From positions 23,090 through 87,089 of the forward strand of contig AQRS01000043.1 in assembly GCA_000402355.1 (NCBI GenBank): a stretch of DNA of 64,000 nucleotides. The letters are read 5' to 3'. Below, piece after piece: positions 9,546 to 18,495 of the stretch. The DNA comes from Candidatus Iainarchaeum andersonii SCGC AAA011-E11. Its GTDB lineage: Archaea > Iainarchaeota > Iainarchaeia > Iainarchaeales > Iainarchaeaceae. Position numbers and translations under genes: made by a program. The notes beneath the pieces were generated by a model. It was given only the letters and a program-made list of their open reading frames with translations, was not told where the DNA came from and did not search any database. Position 1 is the stretch's first letter; every line of letters begins with the position of its first letter.

Positions 9546-9916
9546 TGAGTAAGGTGTTTTCCGTGGCAGAATCAAAGCATTATGCAAGGGCTCCGAAAAT
9601 AAGCGAGCTGAAGCGCGACATTAAAGGCGGCGTTGATGAATTGCGCATGCCAAAGAGCGCGTTCGAACGCATGAGCTTCTCGGCAAGGGCAATGGTAAAG
9701 GAAAAGAACGTGAATATGCTCCTTGAAAGCGCGCGCGGCAGGCCTATCGGCATTCCCGTGCAGAAAATGGCGGAAATAATAGAGCTCCATCGCGACCACA
9801 GGACCTTCCGCGAAATAGAGAAAATCACGGGAATCCCGAAGAGCACGGCGCATTATTTGATTGCGTATGCGGAGCGGCAGAAAATCCGCGAAGGAAACAA
9901 AATAGTTTATTTGTAG
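9546..9916 (+). CDS. Small HTH-domain protein
   Basis: C-terminal HTH 'REIEKITGIPKSTAHYLI'. The start was trimmed to Met at 9546 to avoid antisense overlap with ribBA. Confidence 0.4.
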
Positions 9917-10019
9917 AGGCTCGCACCGGCAACGTGGTCCGCAAAGTAATTAAACTCTTTAGAACACACTTTTGATAAATAGCGCGAAAAATAACGCTTT
10001 TTAAGGAAGGCGATTCAAT

Positions 10020-10298
10020 ATGTTAGATATGGAAAAACAAAAGGTTCGCATAAGGAAAGTGCCAATGAACAAAGACGGGCGAATAGAAATCCCGGAAGAC
10101 GTCAGAAAACACCTTAAACTAGGGACAGAGAAACCTCTTGTGCTGATTGAGGGGGATGACGAAATAATAATCAGGCGGGAATACGTGCCTGCAAAGAAAA
10201 AGGAAAAAGCATTCTGGGAAAACCTCTCGGAAGCCGCGCTGGAAAGCGCCTGGGGAACCGAGGATGAGGTATGGGATGAAATAGCCAAAGGGGCATGA
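10020..10298 (+). CDS. mazE: AbrB/MazE/SpoVT-family antitoxin
   Basis: SpoVT/AbrB swapped-hairpin motif 'RIEIPEDVRKHLKLGTEKPLVL'. A TATA-like 'ctttttaagg' lies about 20 bp upstream. Confidence 0.65.
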   Translation: MLDMEKQKVRIRKVPMNKDGRIEIPEDVRKHLKLGTEKPLVLIEGDDEIIIRREYVPAKKKEKAFWENLSEAALESAWGTEDEVWDEIAKGA

Positions 10299-10723
10299 GA
10301 CCCATGGAACAACAGGAAATCATATGGGTGCGTTTCCCTTACTCGGATTTTTCACAGCAAAAAACAAGGCCAGCGCTCATAGTCTCTAACAACAATTACA
10401 ACGAGAAAGCAAATGACATCGTAATCTGCGCGATAACTTCAAACACAGAACAAACACCTTACTCTGTTCTGATAGATCAACATGATATTTCACGCGGCAC
10501 CCTAAAAATACCCTGCAAAATAAGGGCAGACAAGATAATTCAGATAAACAAAAAATTCGCTTTCAAGGCATTTGCAAAACTGGGAGGCGAAAAGTTCAAC
10601 GAAGTAACCAATCAACTTGCAGAACTGATTTCGAAAAAGCCGCGACCCCCAAAAAGCCTGTTTGGAGCGCACCCTGAAATGAAAAAGTTCAAAAGGGACA
10701 AGAGCGACTTTGGCGATATTTAA
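10295..10723 (+). CDS. mazF: MazF/PemK-family endoribonuclease toxin
   Basis: 'IIWVRFPYSD...KTRPALIVSNNNYNEKANDIVICAITS'. A 4-bp ATGA overlap with mazE. Confidence 0.75.
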   Translation: MRPMEQQEIIWVRFPYSDFSQQKTRPALIVSNNNYNEKANDIVICAITSNTEQTPYSVLIDQHDISRGTLKIPCKIRADKIIQINKKFAFKAFAKLGGEKFNEVTNQLAELISKKPRPPKSLFGAHPEMKKFKRDKSDFGDI

Positions 10724-10780
10724 GGTTCGGCAAAAGCCCCACAAAAGGGTTAAATAGCCCAAAAACCTTTCTTTTGCTGT

Positions 10781-11101
10781 ATGGACCTGTGGGAGCAAAG
10801 GCTTTTCGAGATGATTAAGCGCGGCCAAAAGGACCGCATCAAATACCTCAATGACCTCCACAAATCAATCATCCCTTCGCACGTGAGGCGCATACAGCAG
10901 AACGACAAAACCGTTCTGAAAGAGCTTGTCCTGCCGCCCTGGCTGAACTGGGATTTGCTGTACGAGTGGAGCCAGCAGAGGCGCATCATGGAGAACGCGA
11001 GGGAATGCATACTCTGCAACGAGCTCAGCGAACACGGAATGGAATTCAAGGAGAAATTCATCTGCGAAAACTGCTTCTTGAAACTCAAGAACTTGAAGTA
11101 A
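10781..11101 (+). CDS. Hypothetical protein with C-terminal CxxC...CxxC zinc ribbon
   Basis: 106 aa ending in 'CILCNE...CENCFLK'. Confidence 0.35.
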   Translation: MDLWEQRLFEMIKRGQKDRIKYLNDLHKSIIPSHVRRIQQNDKTVLKELVLPPWLNWDLLYEWSQQRRIMENARECILCNELSEHGMEFKEKFICENCFLKLKNLK

Positions 11102-11201
11102 AACTGAAAACTACCCGAATAACGCCGTTAAAAACACATAAACCGGCAATTTCCACCAAATTGTTTAAATACAAGAAATACCGTAAAATTCACTGGTTTT
11201 C

Positions 11202-11489
11202 ATGGAGTTGGACAGCCCATCGGAAGAACTCAGGCTCGCGCTTTTGAAGGAAGAGCTCAAGCTGAGGAAGAAGCAGCCCGAACACTGGGCAAAAACAAAA
11301 TACAGGAAGTACGCCATGCTGCTCTCGCGCACTGAAATGAAGAACCTGAACGCGGCCGAGGAAGAGGTCCGGAAAACTGCCGCAAAGCCCAGGCGCCCAA
11401 AAAAAAGGAAGCACAAGAAAACCCGGGCAAGCAAAGCGGGAAAGAAGAAACGCGGAAAAAAACCGAAAAGAAAAACAAGGAAAAAATGA
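11202..11489 (+). CDS. Highly basic Lys/Arg-rich small protein, possibly nucleic-acid binding
   Basis: 95 aa whose C-terminal 40 aa are almost entirely K and R. Confidence 0.35.
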   Translation: MELDSPSEELRLALLKEELKLRKKQPEHWAKTKYRKYAMLLSRTEMKNLNAAEEEVRKTAAKPRRPKKRKHKKTRASKAGKKKRGKKPKRKTRKK

Positions 11490-11519
11490 TTTTTGAATTC
11501 AATGGGCATTTCCAGAATT

Positions 11520-12527
11520 CTAAGGGTATTCCTTCAGTTCGGCATCCTTCAAATTCTTTGAATTGAATTCATGCGCAAGCGCAATGCACTTCTCAAGCAC
11601 CGGCGCTATATTATCGCCGTTCCCATTGAAGCCAGCTGCGCCCGCATGGCCTCCGCCCTCGCCCTCAAAGAACCCTTTGAGGCGGTTGAACACATCACTG
11701 GCAAGGTCGAACTTTTTTTCCCTCAGCCATGAATTGTTCACGCGCCCGCTCACGCGTATTCTGCCCTTCTCTGCATAACCGCAGAAAGCGACATCCGCCC
11801 CGATCCTGACCAATGCGGCTGCGGAATCCGCCTCGAAAGCCCCGACATCAGAGGAAACGAAAATTGATTCCCTGGACTTGTAAATCCTGCACCTCCGCGC
11901 GGCCTTCAATGAAGCGATTTTTTGCGAGAAATCCTTTTCAACGGAGAAAAGCGAAACCAGCGAGCCGTAAGGGATTCCCGCGGCCTTCATCACTTCCGCC
12001 ATTATTGAGAAGGTTTTGTGGTCCGCAACAAGGAAGCCGGCGGAATCCGTGACTATTCCCGCTGCAATGCACTCGAGCGCCTTTTTCGGGATTTTTATGC
12101 GCGATTTTTTGAGCAAAGAATAAACGAGTTCGGTCGTGGAAATGGCCTCTTTGCCCTGCAGCGAATTTTTTTCCGGAGCGAGGCGCTCCTTTTCCGGAAC
12201 GTGGTGGTCAATAAGGAATTTTTCCCCTTCGAAAGAATCGAAAGCGCTTTTCATTGTGCCGAGCATTGCGGCCTTGTTGAAGTCAAGGCAAAGAACCGCG
12301 TCAAAATTTGCCAATGAGGGGTCGATTTTGTATTCCACGCCGATTCTTTCCGCGAACGCCTTCGACGGAAGGTTCAAGTGGCCGGGTACGCCGATAATGG
12401 TTTTGGATTTTCCGTTCAGTGAAAAGTGGATTGCTGCCGCACTTGAGAATGAATCAACGTCCGCACCCGAATGCGTCAGGAGAAGGACCTTTTTTCCGTA
12501 AAGCGGAGAAAGGCTCTTCAGCGGCAT
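11520..12527 (-). CDS. DHH-family phosphoesterase (NrnA/RecJ-like, DHH+DHHA1)
   Basis: 'LIDHH' (DHH motif) and 'GGGHAGAAG' (DHHA1). Confidence 0.7.
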   Translation of the reverse strand: MPLKSLSPLYGKKVLLLTHSGADVDSFSSAAAIHFSLNGKSKTIIGVPGHLNLPSKAFAERIGVEYKIDPSLANFDAVLCLDFNKAAMLGTMKSAFDSFEGEKFLIDHHVPEKERLAPEKNSLQGKEAISTTELVYSLLKKSRIKIPKKALECIAAGIVTDSAGFLVADHKTFSIMAEVMKAAGIPYGSLVSLFSVEKDFSQKIASLKAARRCRIYKSRESIFVSSDVGAFEADSAAALVRIGADVAFCGYAEKGRIRVSGRVNNSWLREKKFDLASDVFNRLKGFFEGEGGGHAGAAGFNGNGDNIAPVLEKCIALAHEFNSKNLKDAELKEYP

Positions 12528-12532
12528 CCAGA

Positions 12533-12889
12533 TTACTCTTCCTTTTCACTTGAATTTGATTCGGCGGGCTTCTGGAATCCTTCTATGTCGGCCTTGAGCT
12601 TGTTCAGTTTGTCAAGCATTGCCTCTTCCTGCTTCTTCAGGGTTTTGACGCGCAGGTCCATTGTTTCCTTTTGTTCCTTGAGTTCCTTCTCAACCCTTTT
12701 CGCGTCGGAAAGAATGAGGATGTTTCCCGCGGCCTTGTAAACCTTCTGTTCCTTCGAGGCCTTAAGTTCGGTAATGGCTTCTTCAAGGGCCTTGGACTGT
12801 ATCTCCATTGACTGCCTCTGGTTCTCTATTGCCGAGAGCTGTATCCTGCCCCTCTCGAACTCCTGAATGGACTTGTTAACGTCTGCCAT
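12533..12889 (-). CDS. pfdB: Prefoldin beta subunit
   Basis: 118-aa coiled-coil with a prefoldin-beta pattern, at the expected position after rpoP. Confidence 0.7.
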   Translation of the reverse strand: MADVNKSIQEFERGRIQLSAIENQRQSMEIQSKALEEAITELKASKEQKVYKAAGNILILSDAKRVEKELKEQKETMDLRVKTLKKQEEAMLDKLNKLKADIEGFQKPAESNSSEKEE

Positions 12890-13139
12890 TTTTTGTTCCC
12901 CCCATAAAAGAAATTCCGCTGCAAAGCCCTAAGAGCCTTTCAAAAGAATGCCTTGAAGCCTTTAAAGCGCTTTCATCCAAAGCACTAATCTTGAGGTGAA
13001 CAACAGTTTTATTGGTTTTTATTGAAGTATTTGAGCGCCTTTCAAAGCCATGCTTAAGCTCAACCTTTAATGACCTTGCCGCGTTCCCCGCACTTTTCGA
13101 ATCAGGAAAATCGGCGGTTATTTCTGCCGAAGGCATCAT
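12876..13139 (-). CDS. pcc1: KEOPS subunit Pcc1-like protein
   Basis: 'RRSNTSIKTNKTVVHLKISALDESALKASRHSFERLLGLC' closely parallels Pcc1 ('RRSEIDFKLEGKKIILDIKATDSSALRGTVNSYLRW'). The start was trimmed from the track ORF (13277) to Met at 13139, because the upstream part overlaps RpoP in another frame. Confidence 0.5.
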   Translation of the reverse strand: MMPSAEITADFPDSKSAGNAARSLKVELKHGFERRSNTSIKTNKTVVHLKISALDESALKASRHSFERLLGLCSGISFMGGTKNGRR

Positions 13140-13257
13140 CTCGCCCGAATAGTTTTTGTGATAGGTTCCCTTGTTTTCGAGAAAATCTTGTACCCGCAGC
13201 CCGGGCACCTTATGGAACCCGCAACGAGGCTCTGGACTTCCTTTCCGCATCTCAAGC
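13126..13257 (-). CDS. rpoP: DNA-directed RNA polymerase subunit P (RpoP/Rpc10), 43 aa zinc ribbon
   Basis: Manual translation of the minus strand from ATG 13257 gives 'MYKCLRCGKEVQSLVAGSIRCPGCGYKIFSKTREPITKTIRAR*', the canonical RpoP CxxC...CxxC. It is absent from the ORF track (shorter than 60 aa) and sits in the expected synteny after L37ae. Confidence 0.7.
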
Positions 13258-13273
13258 ATTTGTACATCTTCAC

Positions 13274-13720
13274 TCAACCCCCTTCATCAACTTCTTCCGC
13301 GGCCTCTTCGGGCCCCTCTTTTTCAGCTTCCTTTTCTTTTCCGCGACTTTTCTTTGCGTCCCTTTCTCTTTTCGGTTCGGCCTCGGTTCCCCCTTCTTCC
13401 CTATTGGATTCGGATTCCATTTCCGCCTTCTGCCTCTTCTCCTCAAGCTCATTCAGGAGCCCGAAGTTCTTCTGCGAAACCATTTTCCCAATGATGCCGC
13501 CTGTGAGGGTCTGCGGGAGATACGCGCCCCCGATGAACTCGTGCCTGCACTTGGAGCAAAGGAAAATTCCCTTGCTCTGGCGCCTGACCTTCCGGGAACC
13601 GCAATTGGGGCACAAGTGCCTCTGCACCTGCGTTGGCTCGATTTTGAGCAGCCTTTTCCTTATTCCAACGCCGTATCTCGAGCCGTAACGGCCTGTCGTG
13701 CCCACTTTCTTGAGTGCCAT
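13274..13720 (-). CDS. rpl37ae: Ribosomal protein L37ae (eL43) with a roughly 55-aa acidic/charged C-terminal extension
   Basis: 'RYGVGIRKR...CPNCGSRKVRRQSKGIFLCSKCRHEFIGGAY' is the zinc ribbon. The 148-aa length, against about 90 typical, is due to the 'EEKRQKAEMESESNREEGGTEAEPKRERDAKKSRGKEKEAEKEGPEEAAEEVDEGG' tail. Confidence 0.85.
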   Translation of the reverse strand: MALKKVGTTGRYGSRYGVGIRKRLLKIEPTQVQRHLCPNCGSRKVRRQSKGIFLCSKCRHEFIGGAYLPQTLTGGIIGKMVSQKNFGLLNELEEKRQKAEMESESNREEGGTEAEPKRERDAKKSRGKEKEAEKEGPEEAAEEVDEGG

Positions 13721-13739
13721 GTTATATAACCAATTCTCT

Positions 13740-14519
13740 TCACAATAACTTTCTTATTTGTTTGCTATTTTTGATTGCTGTGTCGATTGTGCCGTTTATT
13801 TCGCTTATCGTGAAAGAGCCAGAAAGGCCTTTCTGGTAAGCGCAGATGCCGTCGTCATCCATCATGCACACTGAAAAGCGCGCATTCATGGCCTTTTCCT
13901 CCGAAAGCGCCGGGTCAACAACAATCACGTTGCCGACCTTTGCGAAAGTATTCAGCACGGGCCTGCATTTCAGGGAAAGCTTGCCCTTGTACTCGCCCTT
14001 CACAACCTTGTTGTTCTCGAGCTTTGGCATCTTTGTCTCCAGCAAAGCAGCAACGGCCGCAATGCTGCACGCGTCAAAGAGGTTCCCGTCATGGTTGATT
14101 GCATAAATGTCCACAAACCCAACCCAGCAGGATTCGCCCCCGACAATGCTGAGGCCCTTGAAATCAACGGCCCCGCTTTCGCGTATTCCCCTGTCAACCA
14201 CACGCGAGAGTTCAATTGCCCCTTCGCGCGGCGGGCCGAACTCAAAATCTGGGGATGCGAGCGGCAATAATTCCGCGCCCACGCTTATGCTTCCCTCGTC
14301 CGGAGAATCGGGGTATGGTTCGCCTACCATCATTTTTACTCCGGCAACAACATCTGTGTTGCCGAGCTTCACCCTTGCCGAACCATCGGCATTCTCGCCG
14401 ATTCCGCGGATTACCTCCAGTTTCCTGTACTCGTCAATTTTTCTTGAATCGCCGCGCCTTCCTTCCTTTAACTCGGCGATTACCTTGTCCACTCTCAAAT
14501 CCCATAGCTGTGTGCTCAT
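13740..14519 (-). CDS. rrp42: Exosome complex subunit Rrp42 (RNase PH-like, non-catalytic)
   Basis: RNase PH fold and position after rrp41. Confidence 0.8.
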   Translation of the reverse strand: MSTQLWDLRVDKVIAELKEGRRGDSRKIDEYRKLEVIRGIGENADGSARVKLGNTDVVAGVKMMVGEPYPDSPDEGSISVGAELLPLASPDFEFGPPREGAIELSRVVDRGIRESGAVDFKGLSIVGGESCWVGFVDIYAINHDGNLFDACSIAAVAALLETKMPKLENNKVVKGEYKGKLSLKCRPVLNTFAKVGNVIVVDPALSEEKAMNARFSVCMMDDDGICAYQKGLSGSFTISEINGTIDTAIKNSKQIRKLL

Positions 14520-15265
14520 TTCTCCTCAACTCCGTTTTTAGCGTACTTTGCCTTCAGGGCGTTTTTCTGCAGCTCATAAACCTGCATTATAGCTTTTTCA
14601 CCAAGCGGATACACGTCTTCCCATTCCTTCTTGGTCATTATTCCGTCCATCTGAAGCAGGACTATTTCCTTTGAATTAGGCAAAATCGCGAGCGGAATAT
14701 CCACCGCGTCGGGGGCATCCTCCTCGGCCTTGTTCAAATCCACTATCATCTTTCCCCCTGCGCGCCCTATGCCCGTTCCCGCAACCATGTCGCGCATCGG
14801 GATTCCCGCGTCAGCCATTGCAACCGACGCCGCAGTCAAGGAAGCTATCCTGGAGCCCGCATCTGAATCAATCACTGCCACAATGACAACTATTTCCGTG
14901 TTCGGGAACCTTTCAACGAAAATCGCCTTTTCAAGCGCCTCGCCGCAGACCTTTGAGATTTCAATCTCGCGCCTGCTCGGCCTCGGGTTTTTCCTGTCCG
15001 GAACGCTGAACGTGGCCATCTTGTAGTCGAACTTTATTACTGCCTTGTACGGCGAAGCAGTGTGCTTCGGCAAGCAAGGCCTTGGCCCGTGAACCGCGGC
15101 AAACACCTTGTTCTGCCCCCACTCGAGATATGCCGAACCGTCCGCGCTCGGGATTACACCCGCGCGAATCTTTATCGGCCTCAATTCCTCGACTTTCCTG
15201 CCGTCAAGCCTTTTTCCTTTTGAATCCACGTAAACTATTTTGTCTTCAGTTTTTTTTGCCATCAT
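14516..15265 (-). CDS. rrp41: Exosome complex exonuclease Rrp41 (RNase PH-like, catalytic)
   Basis: 'DGRKVEELRP...SADGSAYLEWGQNKV' RNase PH motifs. Confidence 0.85.
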   Translation of the reverse strand: MMAKKTEDKIVYVDSKGKRLDGRKVEELRPIKIRAGVIPSADGSAYLEWGQNKVFAAVHGPRPCLPKHTASPYKAVIKFDYKMATFSVPDRKNPRPSRREIEISKVCGEALEKAIFVERFPNTEIVVIVAVIDSDAGSRIASLTAASVAMADAGIPMRDMVAGTGIGRAGGKMIVDLNKAEEDAPDAVDIPLAILPNSKEIVLLQMDGIMTKKEWEDVYPLGEKAIMQVYELQKNALKAKYAKNGVEEK

Positions 15266-15939
15266 TCATCACCTTCATCCATATTCTCCATGTTTCCATC
15301 ATCACTCGGGGGCTGCATTTTCACGCCGCCGTTTTCCTTGTCCAAAAAATCCGTGATTCTCTGAGTAAGGCTGTCCATGTGCGCCTCGGCATTTATCTTG
15401 TTGATTGCCCTGCGCAACAGGTTCACGTCTCCGCCCTTCGCCCAAATCCTCCCGTTCCTTCCGACAATAATGTTGCTTTTCGTGCCGTTCTTCAATACGT
15501 TCAGCATCGAGCCTTCCCTTCCGATTACGCGCGGAATCTTCACGGCGGAAACCTCAATCAGTTCCCCGCCGAAGAACGAGCGTATTCCGCCCAAATCAAC
15601 CTCGTTGAACTCGTTCACCTTCATCACCTTTCCGGAAATTATTGTCCCGGGCTTGAGTATTTCGCGCAGCTCCTTCTTCGAAATCCAGCTCGAGTAAAAG
15701 CTGTTTATGTCAACCTCGTAGACCGAAAACTTTTCGTCCACAATTACCCCTATTATCAGGTCGTTCTGCTCCGGCGCATATTTTCCCTCCAACGGAACAA
15801 CCGACGCGAAATCCGACTCGTCATTCACCAATCCCATTGCGTCGGAATATATTTTTCCGTCGCGTATGAAAACGTGCGAACCCAGTTTTTTCCTCTCTTC
15901 CGTTACCAATTCTCCCGGAATAACCAATCTTTTTGACAC
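15262..15939 (-). CDS. rrp4: Exosome RNA-binding subunit Rrp4 (S1 + KH)
   Basis: An S1 domain followed by a KH ('VIGREGSMLNVLKNGT') and an acidic tail. Confidence 0.8.
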   Translation of the reverse strand: MSKRLVIPGELVTEERKKLGSHVFIRDGKIYSDAMGLVNDESDFASVVPLEGKYAPEQNDLIIGVIVDEKFSVYEVDINSFYSSWISKKELREILKPGTIISGKVMKVNEFNEVDLGGIRSFFGGELIEVSAVKIPRVIGREGSMLNVLKNGTKSNIIVGRNGRIWAKGGDVNLLRRAINKINAEAHMDSLTQRITDFLDKENGGVKMQPPSDDGNMENMDEGDE

Positions 15940-15945
15940 TGTTTT

Positions 15946-16647
15946 TCACCCCTTGTTTTCAAGTATCTTAGACTCAACTTCACCGTGCGTCAGGTGATTA
16001 AGCTCATTGAACAAATCCTGCTTCGCCCCCGCGGGAATCTCGAGCATCGCAACCAGGCTCCCGTCGTTCTGCCACTCCTCCTTCTGGACGCCGTACTTGT
16101 GGAGCACGGGCGATGCCTTGCCAGCGTACTGCGCCGGAATTTTTACGGCAACGCGGAAATTCTCCATGGAAATCGGAATCAATTTCTTGATTTCCTTCAG
16201 GACTTCTGTAATCTGCTCCTTGACGCTTTTATTAATGTCAACACTGAATTTAATCTGGTCCAATGCATTCTCAATCCTCTGCGCAGGATGCGGCGTGTTT
16301 GTCTGCGGATTGAAGGCGTTGCGCGAAATGAATGCGACAATCTCCTTCCTTTTCTTCTCCGCAATGCCATGCCTCTGCTGCGTCGTCAGCTGTACTTCGC
16401 CCTCGGAAACTATTCTCTTCGCAATCTTTGCGATGTCGGTTGTCCCGAAAACCTTTTTCAGGCTCTCCGCATTTTTTTCCTCGCCCTTGTGCGCATCCTT
16501 GAACACCATTTCCGAAGCAAGCAGGTCATCCGTGCTCACTTCCTTGCCGTGCTTCAAATCCATTGCAAGGTCTGGGTCAACCAGAATCTCGAATTTTTCG
16601 CCTGAATGCTCAAAACGGGCAATCACGGCGTCTTCCGTACGCACCAT
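15946..16647 (-). CDS. sdo1: Ribosome maturation protein SBDS/Sdo1
   Basis: The FYSH-domain N-terminus 'ARFEHSGEKFEILVDPD'. Conserved partner of the exosome operon. Confidence 0.8.
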   Translation of the reverse strand: MVRTEDAVIARFEHSGEKFEILVDPDLAMDLKHGKEVSTDDLLASEMVFKDAHKGEEKNAESLKKVFGTTDIAKIAKRIVSEGEVQLTTQQRHGIAEKKRKEIVAFISRNAFNPQTNTPHPAQRIENALDQIKFSVDINKSVKEQITEVLKEIKKLIPISMENFRVAVKIPAQYAGKASPVLHKYGVQKEEWQNDGSLVAMLEIPAGAKQDLFNELNHLTHGEVESKILENKG

Positions 16648-16652
16648 TCAAT

Positions 16653-17381
16653 TTATTCCTTCTTGTTGTTCAAAATGGACTTTATTTCGTCCTGAGAAAT
16701 CGGCTTGAATTGCTTCGCCGAATCAATGTAAATGAACTCCAGCCTCTTGACCTCGAGCTTCTCCTTTTCCTCAAGGCCGCTTTCAATCCCTTTAACGCAA
16801 AGCCTTACCGCGGCATCCCTTGAAAGGTTTTCCTTCCAGTCCTTCTCGAACAAATCCATTGCCTTGTTCCTGTTCCTTCCGATTGCGATTGCATGGTATT
16901 CCGCCAATGCTCCCGAAGGCTCGGTTTCGAACAGCCTTTTGCCTGTCCGGTCTATGCCGCCGACAATGAACGAGATTCCGAAAGGCCTCATGCCCCCGTA
17001 CTGCGTGAAAACCTGCATTATGTTGGAAACTTCCTTCACGAGGTTCTCAATCTGAATCGCCTCATCATAATACATCCTGTTTTCCTGCGCCTTCTGCCTC
17101 GCTATGCCAACCAAGCGCCTCGCGTCACCCACTAAACCAGCGGAAATCGCTAGAATGTGATCATCAACAACAAACATTTTTTCCACGGATTCCGGAATCA
17201 GGAGCCTGCTGTTCACCTTTTTCTCCGCGCCGAAAAGCAATCCATCACTGTACTTGCAGGCAACACCCATCGTTCCCTGAGAAACTATCTTGGAGGCATA
17301 CTCAACCTGGTAAAGCCTCCCGTCCGGGGAAAACATGGTTGCTGCGCGGTCGTAATTCGATGACTGAGAACCTGGGTACAA
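16653..17381 (-). CDS. psmA: Proteasome alpha subunit
   Basis: 'YDRAATMFSPDGRLYQVEYA' N-terminal signature. Confidence 0.9.
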   Translation of the reverse strand: MYPGSQSSNYDRAATMFSPDGRLYQVEYASKIVSQGTMGVACKYSDGLLFGAEKKVNSRLLIPESVEKMFVVDDHILAISAGLVGDARRLVGIARQKAQENRMYYDEAIQIENLVKEVSNIMQVFTQYGGMRPFGISFIVGGIDRTGKRLFETEPSGALAEYHAIAIGRNRNKAMDLFEKDWKENLSRDAAVRLCVKGIESGLEEKEKLEVKRLEFIYIDSAKQFKPISQDEIKSILNNKKE

Positions 17382-17493
17382 AATTAATCTCCTCTTTCTG
17401 CCTTTGAATTCATTACTATTTCTAAACAGTTAATAATAAAAACCAACCCCGCGGGGGCGCTAAAAGGCGGGAAAGGCACAAAAAAGCAGTGTT

Positions 17494-18015
17494 TCACCTT
17501 ATGCGGTAACCCGCAGAAATTAAAGGCACCTGGAACAGCTGAATCGCATTGTTTACCTGGTGCAGGAACTCCACGGAAAACCTTTTTTTCTGGCCTTCCG
17601 GAACATGCTCCAGCCTCATGTACCTTTCAAGAAATTCGGGGTCAAAATATGAGGACCTGCTGTACCTAAAATTGTTGACGAAATTGGCCTCGTCAAGCAG
17701 GAACCTTTTGGCGCTTTCCCTGTCGCCCCCGTGCTTTTTCAAAGCATACTCCTTAAGCAAATCGGCTTTTTTACCCGGTTCGATGCTTTGCACAAGAATC
17801 TCGGTGATTTCGCGGTCCCTCAGAAGAAAGTCGCTCAGTTCACGCATGAACAAAGGTATTTTTGACGGAGCTATATGCCCAAACTTATGCGCCTCATTCA
17901 TTATTTTTTCCCTGTCCTGATGCTTTGAAATAACACGCAGAATTTGCCGCCTGAATTTTGCCGCCTGAATAGACCCTGGCTCTCTTGGAAAATGCATAAA
18001 ACAAAACCCCCTCAT
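17494..18015 (-). CDS. Hypothetical alpha-helical protein inserted between pop5 and psmA
   Basis: 173-aa ORF co-directional with the superoperon, with no recognisable motif. Its stop overlaps the psmA-side spacer, and its start abuts the pop5 stop. Confidence 0.4.
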   Translation of the reverse strand: MRGFCFMHFPREPGSIQAAKFRRQILRVISKHQDREKIMNEAHKFGHIAPSKIPLFMRELSDFLLRDREITEILVQSIEPGKKADLLKEYALKKHGGDRESAKRFLLDEANFVNNFRYSRSSYFDPEFLERYMRLEHVPEGQKKRFSVEFLHQVNNAIQLFQVPLISAGYRIR

Positions 18016-18359
18016 TAACCCTTCAGCTTCTTTACCGAGCCGGATACCGCCACAATTACCGGCACAATTGGTTCGCCGCGCACCTCGGCCATGAAAAGCA
18101 GCCCGGCCTTCACGTGCTCTTCCTTTTCGAGCGCGCAGCGCACAATGCCCTCATTCTTTTCAGGGAACCACTTTACGAGCCAGAGCTTCTGCTCCGCAAC
18201 CCCCATCTCGCCGAAAAGCCGCGCAAAAGAACTGTGCAGCGAAAACTTAACCTCGCTCTCCCTCAAAGCCGAACGCGAAACAAACCTGAACTTCACGTAA
18301 CGCTTCTTTCCCCTCAAGGTTGGGGGAATGGGATTCATTTCTTTTTTAGTTGCCTTCAT
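18015..18359 (-). CDS. RNase P protein subunit Pop5 (Rpp14/Rnp2)
   Basis: 'GKKRYVKFRF' N-terminal signature of archaeal Pop5, and operon position. Confidence 0.7.
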   Translation of the reverse strand: MKATKKEMNPIPPTLRGKKRYVKFRFVSRSALRESEVKFSLHSSFARLFGEMGVAEQKLWLVKWFPEKNEGIVRCALEKEEHVKAGLLFMAEVRGEPIVPVIVAVSGSVKKLKG

Positions 18360-18411
18360 TTCAATCCCCCGCGCATTTCCCTCTCCGAGGATTTCGCCTC
18401 AGAGGGCTCAA

Positions 18412-18470
18412 CGCCGCGCGCAACCCTTTCGCCGGTTGGGAGCGACAGCCCCTGCTTCGCAGGGCCTTGG
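18412..18470 (-). repeat. Copy 1 of a roughly 59-bp GC-rich structured repeat (inverse orientation), in the HD-protein/pop5 spacer
   Basis: The reverse complement matches 41681-41739 at about 56 of 59 positions. It contains the hairpins ccctgc-NNN-gcaggg and caacc-N8-ggttg. Confidence 0.7.
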
Positions 18471-18495
18471 CTCGCAATGCTCGCATAAATTATTT

